64,000 nt of DNA from Acidobacteriota bacterium (GCA_965263035.1 OZ253580.1:2560001-2624000); one strand, 5' to 3'; counted from the stretch's first letter, positions 39,375-49,334 are shown. The notes: generated by a model not told the origin, from the letters alone. Made by a program: numbers and translations.

Positions 39375-40543
39375 TGCGGGTTCGAACGGGCCTTGACCTC
39401 TTTCTGGACCAGCGGCTGGACCTGGTGGCCGGCAAGCGGGTCACCGTCATCGCCCACTCCGCCTCGGTGGACTCCCGCATCCGCAACATCGTCGACCTCT
39501 TTCGGCATCATCCCGAGATCGAACTGGTTTCGGTCATGGGCCCGCAGCACGGCATTTACGGAGAGACCCAGGACAACATGGTGGAGTGGGAGGGTTACCG
39601 GGACCCGGACTCGAAGCTCCCGTTTCACAGCCTGTACGGAGAGACACGGCGGCCCACCCGATCCATGTTGTCGGAAACCGACGTCCTGGTGTTCGACCTG
39701 CAGGACGTCGGTGCCCGTTACTACACCTTCATCCACACCCTGGCCCTGGTCCTGGAGGCCGCGGGCGAGTCGGGGAAGGAGGTCGTGGTCCTGGACCGTC
39801 CCAATCCCATCGGCGGCGTCCAGTTGGAGGGTCCGGTGCTGGATCCGGCCTTCCGGTCCTTCGTGGGGTTGTATCCCCTGCCGATCCGGCACGGGATGAC
39901 CATGGGAGAGATCGCCGGCTACCTGAACTCGGAGTTCGCGTTGGGATGCTCGCTCCAGGTGGTCCCGATGCAGGGTTGGAAACGGGAGATGTACTTCGAG
40001 AATACGGGCCTGCCCTGGGTCATGCCCTCTCCCAACATGCCCTCGGTGGAGACGGCCCTGGCCTATCCGGGACTCTGCCTGCTGGAAGGGACCAACGTCT
40101 CGGAGGGGAGGGGGACCACGAGACCCTTCGAACTCTCGGGAGCCCCCTGGATTTCGGCTCCGGCTCTCGTTGCCGAACTGGAATGCGCCCGGCTTCCGGG
40201 AGTCCACTTTCGGCCCCTTTACTTCATTCCCACCTTTCACAAATGGGCCGGCGAGCGGGTGGGGGGAATCCAGATCCACGTCACCGACAGAGCCCGGTTC
40301 AAACCCTTTCTGACCGGGCTGGTCCTGGTGCGCCTGTATCGCGAGTTGAGCGACGGAAGGTTCGAATGGAAGCCGCCGCCCTACGAATACGAGATGGAGA
40401 AGCTCCCCTTCGATATTCTCTGCGGCACGGATCGCCTCCGGCTCCAATTGGAAGACGGGACGGCGCCTCAGGATGCGGCCCGGCAATGGCAGCCCCAACT
40501 TAAGGCCTTCGAAGAGGTGCGGCAGCGGTATCTGCTCTACTGA
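39374..40543 (+). CDS. namZ: exo-beta-N-acetylmuramidase NamZ family (DUF1343)
   Basis: GPQHG, SLYG, DLQDVGARYYT, LDRPNP, RHGMTMGE, PSPNMP, SEGRGTT. Confidence 0.88.
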   Translation: MRVRTGLDLFLDQRLDLVAGKRVTVIAHSASVDSRIRNIVDLFRHHPEIELVSVMGPQHGIYGETQDNMVEWEGYRDPDSKLPFHSLYGETRRPTRSMLSETDVLVFDLQDVGARYYTFIHTLALVLEAAGESGKEVVVLDRPNPIGGVQLEGPVLDPAFRSFVGLYPLPIRHGMTMGEIAGYLNSEFALGCSLQVVPMQGWKREMYFENTGLPWVMPSPNMPSVETALAYPGLCLLEGTNVSEGRGTTRPFELSGAPWISAPALVAELECARLPGVHFRPLYFIPTFHKWAGERVGGIQIHVTDRARFKPFLTGLVLVRLYRELSDGRFEWKPPPYEYEMEKLPFDILCGTDRLRLQLEDGTAPQDAARQWQPQLKAFEEVRQRYLLY

Positions 40544-40614
40544 TGTCGTGGCAGACGAGGGAAAACGAATGGGGCTTATATATCTAACTTGATGGATCGT
40601 CATGAAGATGTACT

Positions 40615-41944
40615 GTGAGGGTTCACACAACATTTCAGTGCCGAGCCAAGATGTCCAAGGGAGGGCTTCGGCGTCTGGATTGGATCAGATCGGTTTTGAA
40701 CCGCCTCTACAATTCCGCCCTGGAGGAGCGTAAGGACACCTGGGAGCCTGCGCCGCAGAAATTGATCTACTGCGAAAGCGGTAGAATCGGTCCATATTTC
40801 CCCGATTTCTCGACGAATAGAACAACTATGCACCTCCAGATCGAGAAAATCCGGCCTCGATTCCCCACTTTCTCGCTACGATCATTTCTACCGCGCAGAC
40901 TCCTGGGAGAAGGATGAGAAATCCGTGACTCTGTATGACCGGTTGCGGAGTTTGACGCAGCAGCGGAGAAACGATCCGGACGGGCTCGGGGCCATTGCCG
41001 TCAAGGCCGAAAGGGGGATGTTGTTTCGCTTGGAGCGAGCCTTCCAGGCCTGCTTCCGGCGCTGCAAGGCGGGAGAGGATCCTGGGTATCCCCGGTTCCG
41101 ACCGATCTCCAGGATGGAGACCATTGATATCGTCGATCCCAGGACGACGATGGTGAAGAAGCGGGCCCGAGGATACGCCATCCGTCCCCAGGGCTTTCCG
41201 ACGATTCGGTTGTTCCCGGCCCGGCCCTTGCCCGATGCTGAACTCAAGGCGTTGCGGATCGTCCGCAAGCCGAATCGAGTGTACGTGGATCTGACCTATG
41301 AAGTCGAGAAGCAGCCGATGCCGGGGTGTGCATCGGCGGTCGGAATCGACCTGGGTGTCCGCAAGCGGGCGGTTTTGTCCACCGGTGAACGAATCGAACG
41401 CAACACCCGGGACCGGGCGGAGATCAGGCGGCAACAGAGAAAGATTGCTCGGTGCCGGCGGCGGTCGAACCGGAGGAAGAAGAGAGTCCGCCGGTTGGCG
41501 GGAATGCGTTTCCGGGAGGGTGTACGCAACCGGAATGCCTGTCACCGGCAGACCACTGAGATCATCCGCAAGAACGGACTGATTGCGGTGGAGAAGTTGG
41601 ACATCAAGGGGATGACGACGAAGGGCTTGAATCGGGAGATGCTCTCACAGCAATGGGGGCTGCTGCGGAATCAACTCCAGTACAAGGCAGAGTGGGCCGG
41701 TCGGGAGTTCGTGGAAGTCAACCCACAATACACGTCGCAGGACTGTCACCGTTGTGGTGCCCGGAATCGACCGGGAAGGAGCGAGACGTATCGCTGCTCA
41801 GCCTATGATCTCAGAATGGACAGGGACCATAATGCAGCCCTGAACATTCTCAGGGCGGGGGTTCTTGCCCTGGGTGCCGAAACCTGGGCCAGCGGGCCGA
41901 GCGTGGCGCCGGAACTGTGTGCTGACGTCAAGTCAGATATATAA
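40615..41944 (+). pseudogene. tnpB: RNA-guided endonuclease TnpB, interrupted by a MITE
   Basis: LYNSALEERK, GYPRFR, RuvC AVGIDLG / IAVEKL / DRDHNAALNI, zinc finger CHRC..CSAY; removing 163 bp restores a 388-aa frame. Confidence 0.9.
40744..40902. mobile_element. 159-bp MITE inserted in tnpB
   Basis: Imperfect TIRs GAGCCTGCGCCGCAGAAATTGATC / GATCATTTCTACCGCGCAGACTC; CTGG duplicated at 40740-40743 and 40903-40906. Confidence 0.88.
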
Positions 41945-41955
41945 GCCCCAAACGA

Positions 41956-42525
41956 ATGTCAGAGGAGAGGCGGCAACCGCCGATGGAGATCGAGGCCAAG
42001 GTCCCTCTCGAAGTGGAGGAACTGGGTACCTTGCGCTCCAGGCTGCGGGAGATCGGGGCCCGCCTCAGCCGGCCCCGCCTCCGGGAGGAGAACACCCTCT
42101 TCGACTTCCCCGACGGAAGATTGGAGCAGGCCGATTCCGCCCTCCGGGTCCGGTCCTTCGGTCAGGAGTGCCTGCTGACCTACAAGGGGAGGAGCCGGGA
42201 GCACTCCTTTCTGAAGTTGAGGGAAGAGATCGAGACCCGGGTGGAGGACGCGGCCGCACTGGTCGAGCTGTTCGAAGCTCTGGGGCTTCGAAAGGCCTTT
42301 CACTACTGGAAGTATCGCGAGATCTACGACCTGGAAGTGCACCCCGGAGCCGTCACCATCGCGCTGGACGAGACGCCGATCGGCTTCTTCGCCGAGGTCG
42401 AAGGCCCGGAGGAATCGATTCAGGTGGTGGTCGATCTCATGAGTTGGGACCCGGCGTCGTTCATTCGGGAAAGCTACCCCAAGTTGTATCGGGAGCACGG
42501 CCTCGGGTCCCCGGGAGTGGAATGA
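41956..42525 (+). CDS. CYTH domain protein (class IV adenylate cyclase family)
   Basis: EIEAK, ALRVR, LTYKG, REEIE, KYRE, FAEVEG; start 41956 or 41983. Confidence 0.88.
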   Translation: MSEERRQPPMEIEAKVPLEVEELGTLRSRLREIGARLSRPRLREENTLFDFPDGRLEQADSALRVRSFGQECLLTYKGRSREHSFLKLREEIETRVEDAAALVELFEALGLRKAFHYWKYREIYDLEVHPGAVTIALDETPIGFFAEVEGPEESIQVVVDLMSWDPASFIRESYPKLYREHGLGSPGVE

Positions 42526-43538
42526 AGGGAATGATTCTGGCGGCCGGGCTGGGCAGCCGCCTGCGACCCCTGACCTGGATCCGGGCCAAGCCGGCCGTAC
42601 CCCTCCTGAATCGTCCCCTGATCCGCTACGCCTTCGACCTGCTGGATTCTCTGCGGATCGGGGAGGTGGTGGTGAACCTGCATCACTTGCGCGGGTCGGT
42701 GACCCGGGCTCTGGAAGGGGTGACGCCCACGGTGCGTTTCTCGCCGGAACTGGAGATCCTGGGCACGGCCGGTGCCGTGGGGCGGGTCCGGGACTTCTGG
42801 GGGCCGGAACCGTTCGTGGTCTGCAACGGAAAGATCTATTTCGAACAGGATCTGGGTCCAGTGCTGGACGTCCACCAGGAGAGCCGGGCACTGGCGACAC
42901 TGGTTCTGGTGCCGCGGAAACCGGATGATCCCTTCCGGCCGGTCTTCCTGGCCGGGGACGGGCGGATTCGAGCCTTCGGCCAGGATCTGCCCGGACGGCC
43001 GACCGGGCCCGGATACGTGTTCACCGGCGTCCAGATCCTCTCTCCGGGTGTCCTGGACCTGATTCCGGAGGGTCCGTCGGACCTGGTCAAGCACATCTAC
43101 GAGCCGCTGGTGGCCCGGCGCGGCCCGGTCATGGGATTCGTCAGCCGAGCCCACTGGTTCGAGTGCAGCACCCCCGATCGCTACCTGGAAAAGTCGATGG
43201 GGCTGCTTGCTCGAAGGGGTCTCAACGCTCTGCCGGGAGGTTCCGGTGGGAGGAATTGCCACAAGGTGGTTCTGGGCCGGGGAGTCCGGGTCCCGGCGGG
43301 GGCCTCGCTCGAGCGCTGCGTGGTCTGGGACGGCGCCCGCCTGGGCTCCCGTTGCCGGCTGCGAGACTCGATCGTGGCCGGTGAAGTGGATATTCCGGCC
43401 GGGTCCCGGCTCTCGCGAGTCGTGGTCACCCACCCCTTCCCGGAGCCGCTCCGGCCCACCGGAGAAACGCACCCCGGTTACTGGACCTGGCCCCTGGAAG
43501 GACGCCGGCCGGGAAGGGTAAGCACCCCGCTACGCTAG
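42522..43538 (+). CDS. NDP-sugar synthase/nucleotidyltransferase (MurU-like)
   Basis: GMILAAGLGSRLRPLT, VVNLHH, ILGTAG; adjacent to a kinase gene. Confidence 0.85.
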   Translation: MKGMILAAGLGSRLRPLTWIRAKPAVPLLNRPLIRYAFDLLDSLRIGEVVVNLHHLRGSVTRALEGVTPTVRFSPELEILGTAGAVGRVRDFWGPEPFVVCNGKIYFEQDLGPVLDVHQESRALATLVLVPRKPDDPFRPVFLAGDGRIRAFGQDLPGRPTGPGYVFTGVQILSPGVLDLIPEGPSDLVKHIYEPLVARRGPVMGFVSRAHWFECSTPDRYLEKSMGLLARRGLNALPGGSGGRNCHKVVLGRGVRVPAGASLERCVVWDGARLGSRCRLRDSIVAGEVDIPAGSRLSRVVVTHPFPEPLRPTGETHPGYWTWPLEGRRPGRVSTPLR

Positions 43539-43552
43539 AGTGGGCGTGAGCC

Positions 43553-44551
43553 ATGCATTTCGACGAACGGATCCATCGGTTTCTGGAGCAGGAGTTTCCC
43601 GGCACCGGCGCCGTGGGAATCAGGAAGCTGAAAGGAGACGCTTCCACCCGCGAGTACTTCAGATGCGGGGTCTCGGAATCGGAGACTGCGATCCTGACCC
43701 TGTACCCGGACCCTTTCGATCCGGCCGAATCGACTTATGTTCAGGTTTATCAACTGCTCGACCGAATCGGCTTGCCGATTCCTCGGATCTATGCCGTCGA
43801 CGGGGATCTGGGTGTGGTGCTGCAGGAAGACCTGGGGGACGTGACCCTGGAACGGCGCCTGCGCGGAGCGGGCCGCCGGGAGCGGAAACGGCTGCTGAGT
43901 CAGGCCGCCGAGCACTTGATCGTCCTCCAGCGAGAAGGACCCCAGGCGGCGGAGCAAGGCTGGCCGGTGCTACAATTGGCCTTCGATCAGGAGAAATTGA
44001 CCTGGGAGCTCCAGTTCTTCCGGCGTCACTATCTGGAAGGTTACTCCTCCCTCCACGTGGAACAAGAGAGGCTCGCGTCCGAGTTCCGGGCACTCTGCAG
44101 GGAACTCGCCGAGGCCGAGCGATTCGTCTGCCACCGGGACTACCAGGTCCGGAACCTGATGCTGAAGGAGGGACGGGTCTACATGATCGATTTTCAGGAC
44201 GCCCGGCTCGGACCCCAGGCGTACGATCTGGTGTCGCTCCTGATGGATTCCATCGATCTGGCTCCCGATGAGGTCGAGGAGCTCGCGGACTTCTACCTGC
44301 AACGGGGCGCGCCGGCGGTGGACGCCCGCCGGTTTTGGCGCCAGTTCCAGCTCACGACTATTCAGAGACTCCTGAAGGCGTTGGGCACCTTCGGGTACCA
44401 GGCTGGAGCACTGGGGAGAGAGTCGTACCGGGCCTACATTCCGGGCACCCTGGAGCGGGTCGCCGCCGCCTTGAAGACGATTCCCGAGTTCCCCTATATT
44501 CGTGGTCTGGTCGAGGCACAGGTGGCTGCAGCAGGGCGGTTTTCATGCTGA
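43553..44551 (+). CDS. aminoglycoside phosphotransferase-fold kinase (AmgK-like)
   Basis: [43 protein letters not shown]. Confidence 0.85.
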   Translation: MHFDERIHRFLEQEFPGTGAVGIRKLKGDASTREYFRCGVSESETAILTLYPDPFDPAESTYVQVYQLLDRIGLPIPRIYAVDGDLGVVLQEDLGDVTLERRLRGAGRRERKRLLSQAAEHLIVLQREGPQAAEQGWPVLQLAFDQEKLTWELQFFRRHYLEGYSSLHVEQERLASEFRALCRELAEAERFVCHRDYQVRNLMLKEGRVYMIDFQDARLGPQAYDLVSLLMDSIDLAPDEVEELADFYLQRGAPAVDARRFWRQFQLTTIQRLLKALGTFGYQAGALGRESYRAYIPGTLERVAAALKTIPEFPYIRGLVEAQVAAAGRFSC

Positions 44552-45840
44552 CCCAGGTCTATATTCGAGACGTCCCGGCCCACGTGGGGCGCGAGATCGG
44601 CATCAGGGGTTGGCTCTACAACAAGACCCACAAGGGACGGCTGTGGTTCCTCCTGGTCCGGGACGGGACCGGCATGATTCAGTCGGTCCTGTTCAAGGGG
44701 AACGTCGCCCCGGAGGCCTTCGAGGCCGCCGCGGCTCTGACTCAGGAATCCTCCCTGCAGATTACCGGGACGGTCCGGCGGGACAAGCGGGCTCCCGGCG
44801 GGTACGAGTTGGACGCCACCGCAATGGAGGTGGTGCAGATCGCGCAAAGCTACCCCATCACTCCCAAGGAGCACGGAACCTCCTTCCTCATGGATCACCG
44901 GCATCTCTGGCTGAGGTCCTCGCGGCAACACGCGATCCTGCGGATTCGGCATCAGCTGATCAAGGCCGCTCGCGACTTCTTCGACGGGCGGGGATTCGTG
45001 CTGGTGGACACGCCGATCCTGACTCCGGTCGCGTGCGAAGGGACGACGAATCTCTTCCCGGTGAAATACTTCGACACCCCGGCCTATCTGAGCCAGAGCG
45101 GACAGCTGTACAGCGAGGCCTCCTGCATGGCCTTCGGCAAGGTCTACTGCTTCGGCCCCACCTTTCGCGCCGAGAAATCCAAGACCCGCCGGCACCTGAT
45201 GGAGTTCTGGATGGTGGAGCCGGAAGTGGCCTACGCGGATCTGGACGACATCATGGTTCTGGCCGAGGAGTTCGTCTCCTACCTGGTGGCCCAGGCCTTG
45301 CAGGAAGGAGCGGAGGAACTGTCGGCCCTGGGTCGGGACACCGGACCGCTGGAGAAGGTGACACGTCCGTTTCCCAGGCTCACCTATGCCGAAGCCTTCG
45401 ATCTGCTGAAGCAGGAGGGCAGCGAGACGCCTCGGGGAGCGGACCTGGGAGGAACCGACGAGACCATCATCTCCTCCCAGTTCGACCGGCCGGTGATCGT
45501 TCACCGCTATCCCGCCGCCGTCAAGGGCTTCTACATGGAACCGGATCCGGAGAACCGGGACCTGGCACTCTGCATGGACATGCTGGCGCCGGAGGGATAT
45601 GGAGAAATCATCGGTGGAAGCCAGCGGATCCACGACTACGATCTACTGATGGAACGGGTGCGGGAGCACAACCTTCCCGCCGAGCCCCTCTCCTGGTATC
45701 TGGACCTGCGGCGGTACGGCAGCGTGCCCCATTCCGGTTTCGGCCTGGGAATCGAACGGGTCCTCTCCTGGATCTGCGGGATCCCCCACGTCCGGGAGAC
45801 CATCCCCTTTCCCAGGATGCTCCACCGGCTGTTCCCTTGA
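44545..45840 (+). CDS. asnS: asparagine--tRNA ligase
   Basis: [47 protein letters not shown]. Confidence 0.95.
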   Translation: MLTQVYIRDVPAHVGREIGIRGWLYNKTHKGRLWFLLVRDGTGMIQSVLFKGNVAPEAFEAAAALTQESSLQITGTVRRDKRAPGGYELDATAMEVVQIAQSYPITPKEHGTSFLMDHRHLWLRSSRQHAILRIRHQLIKAARDFFDGRGFVLVDTPILTPVACEGTTNLFPVKYFDTPAYLSQSGQLYSEASCMAFGKVYCFGPTFRAEKSKTRRHLMEFWMVEPEVAYADLDDIMVLAEEFVSYLVAQALQEGAEELSALGRDTGPLEKVTRPFPRLTYAEAFDLLKQEGSETPRGADLGGTDETIISSQFDRPVIVHRYPAAVKGFYMEPDPENRDLALCMDMLAPEGYGEIIGGSQRIHDYDLLMERVREHNLPAEPLSWYLDLRRYGSVPHSGFGLGIERVLSWICGIPHVRETIPFPRMLHRLFP

Positions 45841-45881
45841 CGAGCCGCGGCGAATGGAGACCCGGGCCCTGCTATTGTGAA

Positions 45882-46041
45882 CCGCCCGTGGCAAAAGTCG
45901 TCACTGCATTCGACCGGGCCTGCATCGTGCGCGGACTGCGTTGCGACTCGGTCACATACTCCCGGTATGCTCCCTCATCGCGCCTTGTCCGGCGGGCGCA
46001 GGACCGGTCTCGGTGCGACGCGCGACTCTTGCCACGGACTG
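45882..46041. mobile_element. ~160-bp MITE-like repeat, copy 2
   Basis: Closely similar to 22151-22309; lies between asnS and folD. Confidence 0.82.
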
Positions 46042-46067
46042 TTATGATCCATCCTCAGAGGGAGCCC

Positions 46068-47006
46068 ATGGAGACCCGGTTGCTGGACGGCAAGAAGGTC
46101 GCTGCCCAGATCAAGAGTGAATTGTCGCAAGAGATCCGGACGCTGACGGCGGGAGACGTGATTCCGGGTCTGGCCACGGTCCTGGTGGGAGGCAACCCGG
46201 CCTCCCGCTCCTACGTAGCCAGCAAGATCCGGGCCTGCCGCGAGTTGGGAATGCATTCCGAAGCGGTGGAGCTTCCGGAGGAGACCAGCACCGAGGAACT
46301 GCTGGCGGTGGTCAACAGGCTAAACGAATCGGACCGGATCGACGCCATCCTGGTTCAGATGCCCCTGCCTTCCCACATCGACACCCAGCGGACGCTGCTG
46401 GCGGTCCGGCCCGACAAGGACGTGGATGGGTTCCATCCGGTGAACACGGGGAGACTCTGCTCCGGAAATCCGGGCCTGGTGCCCTGTACGCCGCAGGGAA
46501 TCATGGAACTGCTGTTCCGCGAGGGGATTCCGCTCCGGGGGGCGGAGGCGGTGGTGGTGGGAAGAAGCAACATCGTGGGCAAGCCCATGTTTTTTCTGCT
46601 GCTTCAGGAGCACGCCACGGTGACCGTCTGTCACTCCCGGACCCGGGACCTGCCCCGGGTCTGCCGCCGCGCCGACATCCTGATCGCCGCGGTGGGCCGG
46701 CCGGCTCTGCTCACGCGGAACTACATCAAGAAGGGCGCCGTCGTCGTCGACGTGGGGGTCAATCTGCTCCGGGACCGGAAAGAAGTGCTGCGTCTGTTCG
46801 GCGACGGTTCGTGCAAGTTGGCGGCGTTCGACAAGAGGGGTTCGGTGCTGGTGGGTGACGTCCATCCCCAGGCCTCGCCGCGATGGGCGGCGGCGGTGAC
46901 GCCGGTGCCGGGCGGAGTCGGCCCCTTGACCATCGCGCTCCTGATGAAAAATACGCTTCGAGCCTGCCGGGAACGACGGGGGACAGTCGGCACGGTCTCG
47001 CAATAG
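46068..47006 (+). CDS. folD: bifunctional methylene-THF dehydrogenase/cyclohydrolase
   Basis: KDVDGFHP, PCTPQG, GRSNIVGKP, TPVPGGVGPLT; GAGGGAG RBS before ATG 46068. Confidence 0.95.
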   Translation: METRLLDGKKVAAQIKSELSQEIRTLTAGDVIPGLATVLVGGNPASRSYVASKIRACRELGMHSEAVELPEETSTEELLAVVNRLNESDRIDAILVQMPLPSHIDTQRTLLAVRPDKDVDGFHPVNTGRLCSGNPGLVPCTPQGIMELLFREGIPLRGAEAVVVGRSNIVGKPMFFLLLQEHATVTVCHSRTRDLPRVCRRADILIAAVGRPALLTRNYIKKGAVVVDVGVNLLRDRKEVLRLFGDGSCKLAAFDKRGSVLVGDVHPQASPRWAAAVTPVPGGVGPLTIALLMKNTLRACRERRGTVGTVSQ

Positions 47007-47021
47007 ATCGCGGGGGGGATC

Positions 47022-47993
47022 ATGAACGAGATCAGGAAGACCATCAGACTTTGGGTCATCGCCGGTTGTCTGCCGCTGCTGGCGGCTTCGTCGGTTCAGT
47101 TCAACCAGGTCAAGAAGATCAAAGTAGGCAAGGCGCCCAACTTCTCAACCCTGGGGCCGGACGGGCGCTACCTGTTCGTGACCAACTTCGCCTCGGACGA
47201 GGTTTCGATCGTGAACTGCGCCACCCAGGAGACGGAAAAGAGCTTCTACGCCGGCTTCAAGCCGCTGGGAATCGCGATTTCGCCCAGCGGAGACCGGATC
47301 TACGTGACCAACTTCCAATCGGGTCTGGTCAAGGTGGTGGACGGAAGGACCTACCGGATCATCGACGACGTCAAGGTGGGCGGAATGCCCACCGACGTGG
47401 TGGTGTCTCCCCGAGGGCACACCATCTACGTGGCCAATTACGGCCGGGGCCGCGTCGGACGCGTCGATTTCATCGATACTGCGTCCCACCGGGTCACCAA
47501 GTCGGTGGACGTGGGCGTGCGCCCGCTGGTGGCCGCCATCTCCGTCCTGGGCGAGCAGTTGTACGTTCCGTGCGCCGGCTCCAACGACCTCTATGTAATC
47601 GACGTCAACGACGGACGGGTGATCAAGGAGATCCCGGTCGGGATCGGTCCCAACGGTATCGCCTTGACGCCCGACGGCGAACGGTTGCTGGTCTCCAACA
47701 GCGGGACCAACGACCTCTCGGTGGTGGACCTGCTCGACATCGAGGAGACGCGCCGGGTTCGGGTGGGAGAGCAACCCTTCTCCCTGAGCGTAAACGCCCA
47801 GGGGTACGTCTTCGTGGTGGAGAGTGGGAGCCGAACGGTATCCATTCTGAGTCCCGAGCTGGACAAGATCCGGACCGTCAAAGTCGGGAAGAAGCCCATC
47901 GACATTCAGGTTTCGCCCGACGGCCGCTTCGTCTACGTGACGGACGAAAAAGAAAATCGGGTCATGATTCTGCAGATCTCGGGTCTGAGCTGA
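47022..47993 (+). CDS. YVTN-type beta-propeller repeat protein (YncE-like)
   Basis: Signal peptide; about seven PDG..YVTN-like repeats. Confidence 0.88.
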   Translation: MNEIRKTIRLWVIAGCLPLLAASSVQFNQVKKIKVGKAPNFSTLGPDGRYLFVTNFASDEVSIVNCATQETEKSFYAGFKPLGIAISPSGDRIYVTNFQSGLVKVVDGRTYRIIDDVKVGGMPTDVVVSPRGHTIYVANYGRGRVGRVDFIDTASHRVTKSVDVGVRPLVAAISVLGEQLYVPCAGSNDLYVIDVNDGRVIKEIPVGIGPNGIALTPDGERLLVSNSGTNDLSVVDLLDIEETRRVRVGEQPFSLSVNAQGYVFVVESGSRTVSILSPELDKIRTVKVGKKPIDIQVSPDGRFVYVTDEKENRVMILQISGLS

Positions 47994-48101
47994 CGGCATT
48001 CGAGCAGTTGTTCCAATTCGTCTCGACTGACCTCCGCGCCTAGGAGCCTGCGCCTTCACCCGATCTGAAGATTCTGAATTTGACGGATACGGGAGGGTGC
48101 C

Positions 48102-49334
48102 ATGGGAGACGGAAAGCCTCGTAGGCGCTCCGGTGAAGCGACTCGGCGAAAATTCCTGGGTCTGGGCGCGGCGGTCGGCGGCGCCCTGATGGCCTGTTCG
48201 GACTCGGCGGACACGCCCGCCGGCGGTGGGGTGAAACGCACCGGCAAACCGCCGGATCAATACGGTGAGCGTTCGCCGTTCGAAAAGTCGGTCCGAAAGG
48301 GATCGGTCTCGAAATACCCCGAAGCGGGCTCCACGCGGACTCCGCTCCAAGACTCGCACGGTATCATCACACCTTCGTCGCTTCACTTCGAGCGCCACCA
48401 TGCGGGGGTTCCCATCATCGATCCCGCCGAGCACCGGCTGTTGTTGCACGGTCTGGTGGACCGTCCGCTGATCCTCACCATGGAGGAATTGAAGACGCTC
48501 CCCTCGGTGTCGCGGATCCACTTCATCGAGTGTTCCGGCAACAGCCGGGGCGAATGGAAATCGAAGAAAGGCGCCACCGCACAGATCAGCCATGGGATGG
48601 CGAGCTGCAGCGAATGGACGGGAGTTCTGCTGTCCGTCCTGCTGGATGAGGTCGGCGTGAAGCCCGACGCCACATGGCTCGTCGCGGAGGGAGCGGACGC
48701 CTGCAAAATGCACCGGAGCCTGCCGCTCGAAAAGTGCCGCGACGACGTGATCGTCGCCTACGGGCAGAACGGAGAGGCGATCCGTCCGGAGCAGGGGTAC
48801 CCCCTGCGTCTGGTGGCGCCCGGTCACGAGGGGAACCTCAACGTCAAATGGGTCCGGCGCCTGATGTTGGCGGACCAGCCCGCAATGGGCCGGGAAGAAA
48901 CGTCAAAGTACACGGACGTGCTGGCCAACGGCAAGGCCCGGCAATTCAGCCTCGCCATGGAGGCCAAATCGGTGATCACGCGCCCCTCCGGGGGCCAGAA
49001 GGTGGAGGGACCGGGATTCGTCGAGATCACGGGGCTGGCCTGGTCGGGCCTGGGATTGATCGAGCGGGTGGAGGTTTCCACCGACAACGGAGCGACGTGG
49101 ACCGACGCCGCCCTGCAGGAGCCTCGGCACCGGATCGCGTTCACCCGTTTTCGGTTGCCTTGGACCTGGGACGGCACACCAGCGGTGATCCTTTCCCGGG
49201 CCACGGACGAGACGGGTTACGTCCAGCCGACCGTGGGAGCTTTAGTGGAGGCGCGAGGCCAGAATTCCAACTACCACAACAACTGCATCAAGTCCTGGAA
49301 GATCGCCGCCGACGGGAGTGTGACCAATGTCTGA
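48102..49334 (+). CDS. soxC: sulfite dehydrogenase/SoxC-type molybdopterin subunit
   Basis: Tat motif TRRKFL; LHFERHH, FIECSGN, GYPLRL, NVKW, SRATDETG. Confidence 0.85.
   Translation: MGDGKPRRRSGEATRRKFLGLGAAVGGALMACSDSADTPAGGGVKRTGKPPDQYGERSPFEKSVRKGSVSKYPEAGSTRTPLQDSHGIITPSSLHFERHHAGVPIIDPAEHRLLLHGLVDRPLILTMEELKTLPSVSRIHFIECSGNSRGEWKSKKGATAQISHGMASCSEWTGVLLSVLLDEVGVKPDATWLVAEGADACKMHRSLPLEKCRDDVIVAYGQNGEAIRPEQGYPLRLVAPGHEGNLNVKWVRRLMLADQPAMGREETSKYTDVLANGKARQFSLAMEAKSVITRPSGGQKVEGPGFVEITGLAWSGLGLIERVEVSTDNGATWTDAALQEPRHRIAFTRFRLPWTWDGTPAVILSRATDETGYVQPTVGALVEARGQNSNYHNNCIKSWKIAADGSVTNV

Larger units (their letters stand above)
40571..41949 (+). mobile_element. non-autonomous TIR-bounded element (IS1595-like ends) carrying only tnpB
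   Basis: 22-bp TIRs at 40571-40592 and 41928-41949 (21/22 match); 8-bp direct repeat AAACGAAT at 40563-40570 and 41950-41957. Confidence 0.88.

Noticed and set aside
40615-40917. Separate 100-aa gene or tnpA upstream of tnpB
   Set aside because: It is the TnpB N-terminus running into the inserted MITE; no HUH/Y1 or serine recombinase motifs
40615-41944. Cas12f/type V CRISPR effector
   Set aside because: No repeat-spacer array or cas1/cas2 nearby; size and motifs fit TnpB
44502-47006. 834-aa ORF suggesting a FolD fusion
   Set aside because: The N-terminal part is an alternative frame of asnS plus the MITE; FolD motifs begin at the ATG with an RBS at 46068
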